64,000 bases of DNA, taken from the NCBI GenBank assembly GCA_020629755.1, contig JAHDCS010000005.1, positions 729 through 64,728 of the forward strand, written 5' to 3'. Shown here in pieces: positions 21,890 to 34,577 of this stretch (positions within the stretch are counted from its first letter, which is position 1; every line of letters starts with the position of its first letter). The notes under the pieces were generated by a model. It had not been told where the DNA came from. It searched no databases and saw only the letters and a list, made by a program, of their open reading frames with translations. The position numbers and the translations under genes are program-made. This DNA is from Flavobacteriales bacterium (lineage in GTDB: Bacteria > Bacteroidota > Bacteroidia > Flavobacteriales_G > JALEGO01).

Positions 21890-22912
21890 GTGCTTAATCA
21901 AATAAAAGACTTACACAAGCAAATCAAAGAGATCTCTGCGGCAAGCGCTCAACAAGCAGAAGAACTACGCATTAAATATTTAGGACAAAAAGGAATTGTT
22001 AAGCATTTATTTGATCAATTCAAACAGCTTTCTAAAGAAGAAAAAAAATCGATAGGCGCTCCTTTAAATATTCTTAAAAAAGAAGTACAAGAAAAAATTG
22101 AGGCGCTAAAACAACAATTTGAATCTCACACCAATGTATCTTCTAGTGCTTCTAAAGATCTGACTTTACCTGGCTCTGATTCTTTTAAAGGAAGCATACA
22201 TCCTATTTGGGCCACAAAACAGCAAATTTGTGAAATCTTTTCAAAAATGGGATTCTGCCTTTCTGAAGGCCCAGAGGTAGAAGATGACTGGCATAATTTT
22301 ACCGCACTAAACTTTCCGGAACACCACCCGGCCAGAGACATGCAAGATACTTTTTTTGTAGACAACAATAAAGGTTATTCTTTGCGCACACACACCTCTT
22401 CTGTGCAGGTGCGTGTCATGGAAAATCAAAAGCCCCCCATTAAAACCATCTCTCCCGGAAGGGTGTATAGAAACGAAGCTATTTCTGCGCGTTCTCATTG
22501 TTTTTTCCATCAGATTGAGGGCTTATATATTGACGAAAAGGTCAGCTTTGCGTCTTTAAAACAAACGCTTTTAACCTTTGCTCAAGAATTTTTTGGCGCA
22601 GAGACTAAAATACGCTTACGCCCTTCTTATTTCCCATTCACAGAGCCTAGCGCTGAAATGGATGTGTCTTGCTTTATATGTAAACAAGAAGGCTGTAATA
22701 TTTGCAAATATTCAGGATGGGTTGAAATTTTAGGCTGCGGCATGGTTGACCCCAACGTGTTATCTAACTGCGGAATTGATTCAGAAACATATAGCGGATA
22801 TGCCTTTGGAATGGGCATAGAACGCATGACCATGCTTAAATACCAAATCAATGATATTCGATTATTTTATGAAAACGATCAACGCTTTTTATCACAATTT
22901 AAGACGCTTTAA
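21890..22912 (+). CDS. pheS: Phenylalanine--tRNA ligase alpha subunit
   Basis: HPARDMQDTF, LRTHTS, YFPFTEPS, FGMGIER. Confidence 0.98.
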   Translation: MLNQIKDLHKQIKEISAASAQQAEELRIKYLGQKGIVKHLFDQFKQLSKEEKKSIGAPLNILKKEVQEKIEALKQQFESHTNVSSSASKDLTLPGSDSFKGSIHPIWATKQQICEIFSKMGFCLSEGPEVEDDWHNFTALNFPEHHPARDMQDTFFVDNNKGYSLRTHTSSVQVRVMENQKPPIKTISPGRVYRNEAISARSHCFFHQIEGLYIDEKVSFASLKQTLLTFAQEFFGAETKIRLRPSYFPFTEPSAEMDVSCFICKQEGCNICKYSGWVEILGCGMVDPNVLSNCGIDSETYSGYAFGMGIERMTMLKYQINDIRLFYENDQRFLSQFKTL

Positions 22913-23699
22913 GCTCTTTATATTTTTATGCAGCTCTTTATCTGTTTGCGCACAAGAATGCCCGGATATTGAAAATTTTTTCAAAGGCGAAATCCTTCTT
23001 GAGTCTAAACAATACCCAGAAGCAGATCTTTATTTTGCCGAGCAGGCCCAAAATAACGAAGAGGCTTTATTCTTTTTATCTAAAGCTCTTTATCATCTTG
23101 AAAATTTCTCAGCGGCCATTGAAAAAAATGAACGCGTGATGAAATTGTTCCCGAAATGTGGAGAAGTCACCTACTGGCAGGGTGAACTGCTCGAAACATT
23201 TGGCGACTACGCCAGTGCTATAGGGCTATACAATAAAGCGTCAAAACAGGGATATTCCTCTGAAATGTGTCTGCAAGGACGAGCCAGATGTAAAATAGGC
23301 ATCGGGGATTATACGAGTGCAAATGTTGATATCGCTAAGCTAATCAAAGAAAATCCCTCTACAGAAAACCAACTCATTAAAGCTGAAATGTATTTGAGCC
23401 AGAAAAAAGAAAAATCAGCGCTTAATCTTTTAAATCAAATTATTGCAAAAGACCAGCGTTCAGGAAAAGCTTACTTTTTACTCTCGATATGTTATATGGA
23501 AGAAAAACAACCTGAAAAATCATTAGATGCCTATAAAAAAGCCAGTAGCCTAGATAGTGAATTTGCTGACCCCCATGTGAATAAAGGGATTGAATTATTT
23601 ATGGAAGGCAATCAGAAAGAGGCGTGTAAAGAGTGGAAAAAAGCCGGGAAATTAGCTAAACCTATCGGCGAAGACCTTATCAATACACACTGCAAGTAA
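22869..23699 (+). CDS. Tetratricopeptide repeat protein, probably secreted; start uncertain, overlaps the pheS 3' end
   Basis: TPR-like helical repeats, terminal ACKEWKKA...C motif, hydrophobic N-terminus. Confidence 0.75.
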   Translation: MKTINAFYHNLRRFKLFIFLCSSLSVCAQECPDIENFFKGEILLESKQYPEADLYFAEQAQNNEEALFFLSKALYHLENFSAAIEKNERVMKLFPKCGEVTYWQGELLETFGDYASAIGLYNKASKQGYSSEMCLQGRARCKIGIGDYTSANVDIAKLIKENPSTENQLIKAEMYLSQKKEKSALNLLNQIIAKDQRSGKAYFLLSICYMEEKQPEKSLDAYKKASSLDSEFADPHVNKGIELFMEGNQKEACKEWKKAGKLAKPIGEDLINTHCK

Positions 23700-23720
23700 T
23701 AAGTTTACACTTACTTAAAG

Positions 23721-24953
23721 CTAAATTGAGTCTTCAAAGTACTCTAAAAGCATCTTAGCTTTGGTGTAGCATTCCTTATATTCTTCTTCGGGATCAGATT
23801 CTATAGTAATCGCTCCACCAACAGGTATAATGGCCTTTTTAGTTTTTGCATTGGCAATCACAGAGCGAATCACCACGTTAAAATCAAAATCTCCATTTGG
23901 CGCCACATAGCCCAAAGCCCCAGAATAGATTCCTCTTTTAAACCGTTCAAGTTTCTCTGCTATCTGCATGGCCGATAGCTTAGGTGCTCCGGTCATAGAA
24001 CCCATTGGAAAAGTGGCTCGAATAATCTCTTTAAAAGAGATGTCTTTCGAAACCTCACAACGGACCGTTGAAATAAGTTGATGAACAGCCTCAAAAGTGT
24101 ACACTTTACATAATTCATCTACTTTTACCGTCTTAGGCAAAGCAATTTTAGAGAGATCATTACGCACTAAATCTACAATCATAATGTTTTCTGACCTGTC
24201 TTTAGGGTGATCTTGCAATTCTTGTTTTAAGGCCTCATCAAGTTGAGGATCTGAGGCTCTTTTGCGCGTCCCTTTTATGGGGGATGATACTAAAACATTC
24301 TCTTTTTTTTGTAAAAAACGTTCAGGTGAAAAACACAGTACATTTAGCTCTTTAGCTTTTAGATACGAAGAAAATGGGGCTTTAGCACGACTGTCAATAT
24401 CTATGAATATTTCAGGACAGTGCCCGTCAAAATTTTCACTCTCGTAGGTCATGCAATAATTCATCTCATAAATATTGCCATATTGCAATTCAGCTTTAAT
24501 GGCTTTTAAATCTTCTAAATATTCTTGTTTTGAGGTTTGTGGTGTAAAAGAATAGTTTGATTTTATTTTTGGGGGGGGATGAGCCCCACGCACGAAGGCC
24601 AAAAGCATTTGAAGTTTAGAATAATTTTTCTCATAGGTATAAAGGCACTGAATTGAACCATGATCTTGACGAGAAAAAACATATTTTGGTCTATAGAGCC
24701 CCATCTCATTAGCACCGATAAAATCTTTATTTTTTGAAAAAATATTTTCAACCTTATTTTTAAGATCATATCCTATGAATCCATACAACCAATCTTTAGA
24801 CGGATATAACTGATCCCAGTTATTGTAGTGTTCAATCGCCCCAACAAACCAAAATTCTTTCTTTTGGTGGTTATCATAAAATCGTAAATACTGCCCGTAT
24901 TCTTCTTTATCAATACACTGCAGCAATTCGTAATCTGTCAGCTCATCAAACAT
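23721..24953 (-). CDS. pabB: Aminodeoxychorismate synthase component I (chorismate-binding)
   Basis: SPERF, PIKGTR, ENIMIVDLVRNDL, FPMGSMTGAPK. Confidence 0.85.
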   Translation of the reverse strand: MFDELTDYELLQCIDKEEYGQYLRFYDNHQKKEFWFVGAIEHYNNWDQLYPSKDWLYGFIGYDLKNKVENIFSKNKDFIGANEMGLYRPKYVFSRQDHGSIQCLYTYEKNYSKLQMLLAFVRGAHPPPKIKSNYSFTPQTSKQEYLEDLKAIKAELQYGNIYEMNYCMTYESENFDGHCPEIFIDIDSRAKAPFSSYLKAKELNVLCFSPERFLQKKENVLVSSPIKGTRKRASDPQLDEALKQELQDHPKDRSENIMIVDLVRNDLSKIALPKTVKVDELCKVYTFEAVHQLISTVRCEVSKDISFKEIIRATFPMGSMTGAPKLSAMQIAEKLERFKRGIYSGALGYVAPNGDFDFNVVIRSVIANAKTKKAIIPVGGAITIESDPEEEYKECYTKAKMLLEYFEDSI

Positions 24954-24976
24954 CCCCCCTAATTATTATACTACCC

Positions 24977-26164
24977 TTACAAAAAACATTGCCCATCACC
25001 ACGATACGAAGAAAAGGTCTTAGTGATTTTATCGCCTTCAATAACATGTATGGTGTTGAAACGTTCTAAAAGTTCTCCGGCTTTTGCATGCCTAAAAAAG
25101 ACAGGATCGCCTAAAATAAATTTTTCTTTTGAAAGAAAGGGCGTTTGCACCTCACCCATCCCTTCATTTTTAAATAATTTTAATTGATTTAAATAAGGAA
25201 CAGGCGCTTTAGTAGACTCAACAGAACCAGAGGCAATATAGCCCCCACCATGAGCCGTATAAATATTTTTTTCTGGACGGCGTACCATTTGAGTCGCGTA
25301 GAAAAGCGCTGGTTTATGTTGAAAAGAAACAAAATAATCAAATAGATGAGAACTGTAAATGCCGCTGCCAACTGTTATCTCGGTGACCTTAGACTCTTCT
25401 TTGCTAGACTCGATGCTTCCGGTGCCTCCGGCATTGATAATCTCTAAAGGCTGCTGAAGTGTTTGCTCAATAAGATCAATTGCCTTAGTTCTTCTTTCTC
25501 TGATTTTAGGAATCGATATTTTTTTTAATCGTCTAATAATGCTTTGCGTAACCCCCATGCCTTTGTCGCCTAATCCAGCTACCTGGGCCTCGTATCCCAT
25601 TAACCCAACAAGATGAATATGCGTAGTTTTTTCAAGGGCCTGCAAATATTTTTCTAAGCCATTATTGTCTCTAATAGACGAACGGTAAACACCAAACCAA
25701 AGGCCTGGAAAAGAGATACTCATATCTATATCGACACAGATTTTAGCTTTAATATTTATCTCTTGAGCCACTGATTCAATATACTCTATATGGGCAATAA
25801 GATCAGTCATAAATACCATATTGGCATTTTTTTCAACAGACAAACAAAGTGCCTTTTTAATCCATTTTTTTTGTACGTCAGGATACCCCATTAAAATGTC
25901 TGTAAAGCCTTGCTCCATTAAATAACAAGCTTCTTGTAGTGTAAAACACATTACCCCCTGAAACGCAGAGTCAAAGCCCAATATCTCTTTTAACACCCCG
26001 ATAGAACGTATAGATTTTGTAGCTACTCTGATCTTTTTGCCTTTAGCTCTATGCAAAATAGCGTTTAAGTTTTCTTCAAAAAAGGCTTTATCTAAAAACG
26101 CAGCGGGCAAATCTACCCCTTTAGCTAACTCTCGGTAGGTACTCAATAAGGTTTGTGCATTCAT
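24977..26164 (-). CDS. PLP-dependent fold-III amino acid aldolase/racemase family protein (DSD1-like)
   Basis: RVATKSIR PLP lysine, GLMGYEAQVAG, NAGGTGS, FRHAKAGELLERF. Confidence 0.85.
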   Translation of the reverse strand: MNAQTLLSTYRELAKGVDLPAAFLDKAFFEENLNAILHRAKGKKIRVATKSIRSIGVLKEILGFDSAFQGVMCFTLQEACYLMEQGFTDILMGYPDVQKKWIKKALCLSVEKNANMVFMTDLIAHIEYIESVAQEINIKAKICVDIDMSISFPGLWFGVYRSSIRDNNGLEKYLQALEKTTHIHLVGLMGYEAQVAGLGDKGMGVTQSIIRRLKKISIPKIRERRTKAIDLIEQTLQQPLEIINAGGTGSIESSKEESKVTEITVGSGIYSSHLFDYFVSFQHKPALFYATQMVRRPEKNIYTAHGGGYIASGSVESTKAPVPYLNQLKLFKNEGMGEVQTPFLSKEKFILGDPVFFRHAKAGELLERFNTIHVIEGDKITKTFSSYRGDGQCFL

Positions 26165-26213
26165 ATATTTAACGTAACTCAAAGACAAAGATAGCGTATA
26201 TGCAAACTGATTA

Positions 26214-27263
26214 ATGAATAAAAAAAGGAATATCAGGCTGATCGAAAAAAAAGAACTTGATCAAATCCTCTCAGACTATGGCGCTAAACCCTTTGTAGCT
26301 AAACAAATTTTAGACTGGATCTGGAAAAAAAATATCGGAGAGATTTCTCAAATGAGAAACCTTCCCAAAACACTGCTTGACAAGCTTTCTTCTGATTTCA
26401 CTACCCATAAAGTAAAGGTGAAAACACTTCAAAAAAGTGCAGACAAAACCATTAAAGCTGCTTTAGAACTTTACGATGGTGCGCTTGTAGAAAGCGTTTT
26501 AATCCCTACCCCAAAACGCATTACCGCCTGTGTGTCTTCTCAGGTAGGATGTAGTTTAACCTGCAGTTTCTGTGCCACAGGAAAGCTCAAACGCATGCGT
26601 AATCTCACTTTTGATGAGATTTACGACCAAGTCTATTTCATTAAAACATTGGCCGAAAAAGAGTATCAAAAACCGCTGAGCAATATTGTGTATATGGGTA
26701 TGGGTGAGCCACTTTTAAACTACCAGAACACCTTACAATCGATCCACTATATTACCTCTGAACAAGGCCTAGGCATGTCGCCTTCTCGCATCACTGTTTC
26801 TACAGCTGGCATTGCAAAAATGATAAAAAAACTAGGCGACGATCAGGTTAAATTTAATCTTGCCCTCTCCTTGCATGCTGCTATTGACTCAAAGAGAGAC
26901 CAGATCATGCCTATCAATGCAAGCAATAACTTAGAAGCACTTAGCCAAGCCATTCAGTATTATTATTCTAAAACACAACACCGCATGTTTTACGAATACA
27001 TTATTTTCAAAGATTTTAATGACTCTACCCAAGATGCTGCTCAATTGGCTAATTTCGCAAAAATTACCCCGTGTAAAATCAATATTATTGAATACAACCC
27101 AATAGATGACTCTGATCAATTTCAAAAATCGCCCGTAGAGAAGGTAGAGGCCTTTAAAAACTATCTAGAGAGTAAGAACTTAATTGTAAATGTCAGAAGA
27201 AGCCGTGGAAAAGATATCGATGCCGCCTGTGGGCAATTGGCCAACAAAAATTTAAAAAAATAA
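26214..27263 (+). CDS. rlmN: 23S rRNA m2A2503 methyltransferase (radical SAM)
   Basis: CVSSQVGCSLTCSFC, MGMGEPL, DIDAACGQL. Confidence 0.97.
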   Translation: MNKKRNIRLIEKKELDQILSDYGAKPFVAKQILDWIWKKNIGEISQMRNLPKTLLDKLSSDFTTHKVKVKTLQKSADKTIKAALELYDGALVESVLIPTPKRITACVSSQVGCSLTCSFCATGKLKRMRNLTFDEIYDQVYFIKTLAEKEYQKPLSNIVYMGMGEPLLNYQNTLQSIHYITSEQGLGMSPSRITVSTAGIAKMIKKLGDDQVKFNLALSLHAAIDSKRDQIMPINASNNLEALSQAIQYYYSKTQHRMFYEYIIFKDFNDSTQDAAQLANFAKITPCKINIIEYNPIDDSDQFQKSPVEKVEAFKNYLESKNLIVNVRRSRGKDIDAACGQLANKNLKK

Positions 27264-27297
27264 CCCCCCCTTTGGGCAAAGCCCAAAGGGGGGGTTA
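27261..27297. terminator. Bidirectional intrinsic terminator
   Basis: Perfect 17-bp stem TAACCCCCCCTTTGGGC-AAA-GCCCAAAGGGGGGGTTA between convergent genes. Confidence 0.85.
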
Positions 27298-27319
27298 AAA
27301 ATAGTTTGTTCAAGATTGA

Positions 27320-30300
27320 TTATTTAATCACGCCTATGATTCTTCTCTCTATTACGCCATCGGCTTCTAAAGAGTAGACATAATATCCATTAGGCTGAAT
27401 CTCTCCACTCATGTCTCTTCCATCCCAACCGTCTTGGTAGTTGTTGATCATCTTAACCAACTGACCTGACATATTGTAGATCTCAACATGGTAGTTTTTC
27501 ATCTGAGGACCTCCTATAAACATGATGTCTTCAAATCCATCGTTGTTAGGTGAAAAAACCTGAACTGGCGAACCAATCACACCTGGATTTCTTGGTTCAG
27601 TCATGTTTGGAGCTGTACAATCCTCTACATAAACAGTCACAGCAACATAATCACTCATACAACCTGTACTGTACTCATCAAATACATAGTACGTCGTTGT
27701 TTGATCTGGGCAAACTGTGAAATCATCGCCAATCATAAGCGGACCACCTTGACCAGGCGTTGGATTTGGATAATCAAACCAACAAATCGATCCAATGGTA
27801 GTACTAGTCGCGGTCATCGTTACACACTCATCTTCACATATAGTGTATTCTGTCTGACCTACCGGAGGATCTAACTCTCCAAGGTGAATTACTTTCACAC
27901 AAATAAAGTTATCGCTATAACAAGAGCCGTTGGTTGCAAAACCATAGTAGAATATAGTCTCAATCGGCGCATTTGTTGTAGGCTGTGGATCAAATGCAAA
28001 CGGGTTTCCTACACCAACAAGCGTATTAGCATTTGGATACATCGACGTATGCCACTCAACCGTATACGGCGTATTTGCTGTTAATGTAATCATCTCATTA
28101 TGACATGGTCTAAACTCAAGCGTATCCTTAGCCAAGAATGGTGCTGGGCTTACTTGAACATTCACGGCCAATGGCGCACCCTGACAGTTTGCACTGCTAC
28201 CGGGTGTAAAGGCATAGTAGGTAGTGCTTGAAGAAGGACTAACGACAATCGAAGAACCTGTTCCGATAGGCGTACCTGTTCCGGCAGAGTTTGTATACCA
28301 CTCAATAGATGAACTATTTGATGATGAAGCCGTTAAAGTAACTTGCTGGCCACCACAAGTTTGATATTGCGTCTGACCTGAAGGCGTATCGCCACCTGAT
28401 CCGGCATTAAGATTAACTTGAGCGTAGTTTGGGCTATAGCAATCTCCATTGCTTGCAAACACATAGTAGGTCTGACTAGCACTTACATTATTAACAATGT
28501 AAGGATTGCCAACAAATACTGGAGTGCCATTATTAGATGGAGATGTAAACCAGTGTAAAGATCCTGTAGCACCTGGAACAGTTAAATAAGCACTCTCTCC
28601 AGCACACACAAGTGAATTGTATGTAGAAGATGATATACTTGGTGCAGGACTCACCTCAACATTTACTTCAATAGCAGGGCTCATACATCCGTTACCCAAC
28701 TCATCTCTCACCCAAAATGTTCCATCTTGAGAAGGACAAATAGTATACGTACTACCTATGTAAATTGGCGTGGTAGCATTTGGGTCATCAAACCAGCAAA
28801 TAAGACCGCCACTCTGACTTGTAGCCGTCATGTTTACACAAGAGTTAGCACAAACCTCATAGTTTGTTTGATTAATAACAGGCACGTCTGGTGCATTTAA
28901 AACTGTAACATCAAACTCAACATAATCATTGCTCATACAAGCTCCTGAACCTGTATATCCGTAGTAGGTTGTACTTGAAGTAGGAACAACCGGAATATTA
29001 TTTCCAGTATACACTGGATTACCAGTTGGGTTTGGTTGCGTATACCAGCTAATGGTTCCGTTTGAAGTACCGCCTATTACTACTGTAGACCCTTCACATA
29101 CAGTGGTCTCTATTAATTCTGGCTGAATAAATGGAGCTGGATCAACATTAACTTGAACTACTAATGGTGCCTGAGCACAAGTTCCTGAACCATTTACTGG
29201 CGTAAATGCATAATAAGTAGTTGTCGTACTTGGAGATATTGTAAAGGTAGACCCTACAAATACTGGGCTTCCTGATCCAGTTGGGTTGGTATACCACTCA
29301 ATCATACTACTGTTAGAAGAAAGAGCACTAATCACCGTTTGATCACCAGCACAAATATTATACACGGTTTGTCCAGTAGGCGTATCTCCACCACTAGAAA
29401 CATTAAGGTTTACTTGCGCATAGTTATCACTGTAGCATGATCCACCATAAGCAAACACATAGTAAGTAGCGTTTGTTGACACATTGGTCTGAGAATATGT
29501 TTGACCAGTAAACACAGGTGTAGAGTTTGTTGAAGGAGATGTAAACCAGTGTAACACACCGTTTGATCCAGGAACCATTAAGTTAACTGATTCTCCAGCA
29601 CACACATCATAATCATATACTCCACTTACCATAGAAGGCGTTGGGTTAACCACAACATTTACTTGTATTGGATCACTCATACATCCATTTCCTAGCTCAT
29701 CGATCACCCAAAACGTAGTGTCTTGAGTAGGGCAAATATTATAAATGTTTCCTATAAACAAAGGAACCCCTGTTCCGTCAGGATTATCAAACCAGCAAAT
29801 TAAACCTCCGTTCTGACCATATGCAGTCATATCTAAACAAGATCCAGCACAAATCTCAAAATTAGTTTGAGGAACTGTTGGCTCTCCTGGAGTGTTCAAT
29901 AAAGTAACTTGATATAAAATAAACTCATCACTTATACATGATCCGGTCACTGTAAATCCATACAATTGCATTGTCGATGTCGGCGTAATAGTTAAATTAT
30001 TACCCGTGTACACAGGTGATCCAGAAGCATTTGGATTATCATACCAATAGATCATTCCATTGGCATTTCCTGATAATGTGATGGTATTGCCCGCACAAAT
30101 TGTTTCTTGAACAGTATCCGCTTCAATGAAAGGCGTTAAAACAACATTAACTGTTACTTCTGTTGGCGCACTGATACACTGTGAATTACAGGTTGTAAAT
30201 ACATAGAACGTTGTAGGAATAGCATCGGTGTAGTTGAATGTATTACCAACAAATACAGGAGTTCCGTTTCCTGCAGCGTTATCATACCACTCTAAAGTAC

Positions 30301-32266
30301 ATCCTGCATCAGAAGTTAAAGTCATTTCAATTGCAGAATTTTTACAAATTGTATAACTAGTATTACCAGAAGGCACTGAAGGAATAGGATCTACTACTAT
30401 GTTTACCACATAATATCCACCCAAAAAGCAGTTTCCATCATGCTGAAATGCATAATAAGTTTGGTTAGAACCAGGAGAAACAGATAAGATATCACTAGTA
30501 CTCAATGTGTTTGCTGTGTTTGGATCAACTCCATCCATCCAAACTAAACCAGAACCTAACACACCATTTGAGTTAATATCAAACTGATCACCTTCACAAA
30601 CCGTAAACGTAAATTCATTTACCATAGTAAGATCTGTAGGCACATCAGTAACCGTTACGTCTACTTGAAGAGCTCCATCATTACTTAAACAAGATCCATT
30701 ATCTGCCATTGCTACAAAAAATGTACTCGCTGAAGGAGCTATAGTAATATCATTGCCTTGACCAACCATGTTGCCTTGATCATCGAACCATGTTACTCCA
30801 ATAATAGAATTAGCAGATAAAGTAACACTATCACCTGGGCAAATTTCATAAGCCGCATCGCCTACAACATCTGCAGAGTAGTTTGTAACCTCAACTGTCA
30901 CTACTAAAGCAGCATCGCTTGAACAGTTACCTACCTGAGCAAAGGCATAATAATTCGTTGTACTTGAAGGATGCACCAAAATGCTATCCATTCCTAAAGA
31001 TGTTGTGTTTTGATCATTAGATGCATACCAAAATACAACACCAGAACCTAAGACATGATCGGCAGTTAACCAAACAGAATCTCCATTACAAATTTCATAT
31101 GACTCTTGAGCAATTGGCGTTTCAATTACTGGGTTTACGATAATTTCAGCCTGATAATATGCTTCTGAATAACAAGTACCATTAAAGCAAAATGCATATA
31201 ATGTTTGATTTTGACTTGGTGTTATTGAATAAGAAGATCCAACATGAATTGGTGTTCCTGAAGCTACAGGGTTATTAAACCAATGAATCTCACCGTTACA
31301 AGATAAATCCAGATCAATGGTTTCTCCAGCACATATTTCAAATGTATCTAAAGATGTGTTTGTTTGTGTAGACACTGGTGTTGTAGGATAATCTAACACC
31401 TCAACCACAACCTCAACAGGTTGAGATAAACAACCATGAAATTCATATACATAATACGAAGTAGTGGTCTGTGGCGCAACCATCATGCAATTTTCGTAAT
31501 CACTTGCACCTGAAGTTGATAAATATGGGCCATCGCCATTTGGATTATCGAACCATTGAATATAATACTTCCACACTTCGTTATAGGCACAAAGCTCAAC
31601 CGAATCACCAGCACAAATCTGATAATGCGTTTGAGGAACATCTAATAATACTCCAGGCTGAGGATTTGGTCTAATGTCTAAACCGTATGTACAGCCTCTT
31701 GCATCTGTAACAGTTCCAAAATAAATACCTGCTGTTAAATTATCTATAAAAAAGCTATCAGGTAAACTCTCACCATATGTGGGGCTTACCCAGTCATACG
31801 TATAAGGAGCCAAACCTGTATGATCGTTTTCTCTAACAGAGATATAAGAACTAGAGTCATCCCCACATTCTACATTAGAATAATTAATGGTAGGTTGATA
31901 AAAATTACACAATGAATCATTGGTATACACATCAAAAGAACATCCCATTAAAGAATATGTATGTGTACCTTGATTGATTGGCGTACCGTAACCTTGAAAT
32001 TCTGCAAGTTCATATAACCCTGATGAAGTCGCATTTAAGGTAATAGAATAATAAGCTCCATTAACTGTATCTGTTGACAGAGTATAAGTACCTGGTGCTG
32101 TCACGTTAAGATCTACAAAAAGGCGGTTACTTAGCCACGAACTTAACTCTAAGCCTTGTTCATGAACTCCTTTTTGATAAATAGCATCACAATCAATGCT
32201 AACACCCTGAGCTGTCAAATTAATAAAAGCAAAGAGAAACGGTATAAAAAATAGCTTTTTCATCAT
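27320..32266 (-). CDS. T9SS type B substrate with many tandem Ig-like (CHU_C-associated) repeats
   Basis: Signal peptide; ~80-aa repeats IC.G....L......WY/F....P..TT.YY; C-terminal VFSPNNDG.ED...WDG...GYYVY. Confidence 0.9.
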   Translation of the reverse strand: MMKKLFFIPFLFAFINLTAQGVSIDCDAIYQKGVHEQGLELSSWLSNRLFVDLNVTAPGTYTLSTDTVNGAYYSITLNATSSGLYELAEFQGYGTPINQGTHTYSLMGCSFDVYTNDSLCNFYQPTINYSNVECGDDSSSYISVRENDHTGLAPYTYDWVSPTYGESLPDSFFIDNLTAGIYFGTVTDARGCTYGLDIRPNPQPGVLLDVPQTHYQICAGDSVELCAYNEVWKYYIQWFDNPNGDGPYLSTSGASDYENCMMVAPQTTTSYYVYEFHGCLSQPVEVVVEVLDYPTTPVSTQTNTSLDTFEICAGETIDLDLSCNGEIHWFNNPVASGTPIHVGSSYSITPSQNQTLYAFCFNGTCYSEAYYQAEIIVNPVIETPIAQESYEICNGDSVWLTADHVLGSGVVFWYASNDQNTTSLGMDSILVHPSSTTNYYAFAQVGNCSSDAALVVTVEVTNYSADVVGDAAYEICPGDSVTLSANSIIGVTWFDDQGNMVGQGNDITIAPSASTFFVAMADNGSCLSNDGALQVDVTVTDVPTDLTMVNEFTFTVCEGDQFDINSNGVLGSGLVWMDGVDPNTANTLSTSDILSVSPGSNQTYYAFQHDGNCFLGGYYVVNIVVDPIPSVPSGNTSYTICKNSAIEMTLTSDAGCTLEWYDNAAGNGTPVFVGNTFNYTDAIPTTFYVFTTCNSQCISAPTEVTVNVVLTPFIEADTVQETICAGNTITLSGNANGMIYWYDNPNASGSPVYTGNNLTITPTSTMQLYGFTVTGSCISDEFILYQVTLLNTPGEPTVPQTNFEICAGSCLDMTAYGQNGGLICWFDNPDGTGVPLFIGNIYNICPTQDTTFWVIDELGNGCMSDPIQVNVVVNPTPSMVSGVYDYDVCAGESVNLMVPGSNGVLHWFTSPSTNSTPVFTGQTYSQTNVSTNATYYVFAYGGSCYSDNYAQVNLNVSSGGDTPTGQTVYNICAGDQTVISALSSNSSMIEWYTNPTGSGSPVFVGSTFTISPSTTTTYYAFTPVNGSGTCAQAPLVVQVNVDPAPFIQPELIETTVCEGSTVVIGGTSNGTISWYTQPNPTGNPVYTGNNIPVVPTSSTTYYGYTGSGACMSNDYVEFDVTVLNAPDVPVINQTNYEVCANSCVNMTATSQSGGLICWFDDPNATTPIYIGSTYTICPSQDGTFWVRDELGNGCMSPAIEVNVEVSPAPSISSSTYNSLVCAGESAYLTVPGATGSLHWFTSPSNNGTPVFVGNPYIVNNVSASQTYYVFASNGDCYSPNYAQVNLNAGSGGDTPSGQTQYQTCGGQQVTLTASSSNSSSIEWYTNSAGTGTPIGTGSSIVVSPSSSTTYYAFTPGSSANCQGAPLAVNVQVSPAPFLAKDTLEFRPCHNEMITLTANTPYTVEWHTSMYPNANTLVGVGNPFAFDPQPTTNAPIETIFYYGFATNGSCYSDNFICVKVIHLGELDPPVGQTEYTICEDECVTMTATSTTIGSICWFDYPNPTPGQGGPLMIGDDFTVCPDQTTTYYVFDEYSTGCMSDYVAVTVYVEDCTAPNMTEPRNPGVIGSPVQVFSPNNDGFEDIMFIGGPQMKNYHVEIYNMSGQLVKMINNYQDGWDGRDMSGEIQPNGYYVYSLEADGVIERRIIGVIK

Positions 32267-32452
32267 TTTATAAAATTTTCTATCGCAAATCTACCCATTA
32301 ATGTCATGGATGTCAATTATAATTATGTTAAAACACCCTTTTTTATGTAAATACTTCAATTTTTCTTGTGAAATGCAAAAATAAGAGCGCAGGGGTCTAA
32401 AAAGAAAAGAATAAAGTGTAAAATCTTGAAAAACAGTGTTTTAAAAATAAAA

Positions 32453-32490
32453 AAAGCCTTATTCATAGGAAATACTACAAATAAGGCTTT
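32453..32490 (-). terminator. groEL terminator
   Basis: AAAGCCTTATT/AATAAGGCTTT inverted repeat with an adjacent A-run (U tail on -). Confidence 0.7.
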
Positions 32491-32524
32491 AAATACTTTA
32501 AAATCTTAAAGTTGAATAGTCTGA

Positions 32525-34448
<1,924 letters not shown>

Positions 34449-34577
34449 TGTGTGTAAAAATTTAGTTTTTAACGTTTACAATTTGCACATGATCCAAATT
34501 CATGCCAAACTTTAAATCTGTGGATTAATCTGAAAAAAAAGCAGTTCAACTATGCTTTACTGCCAGTTTGACTGATT

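Noticed and set aside
27261-27297. C7/G7 runs as paired motif copies
   Set aside because: Flank is AA-C7, not AT-C6; explained as a terminator stem and excluded from the count
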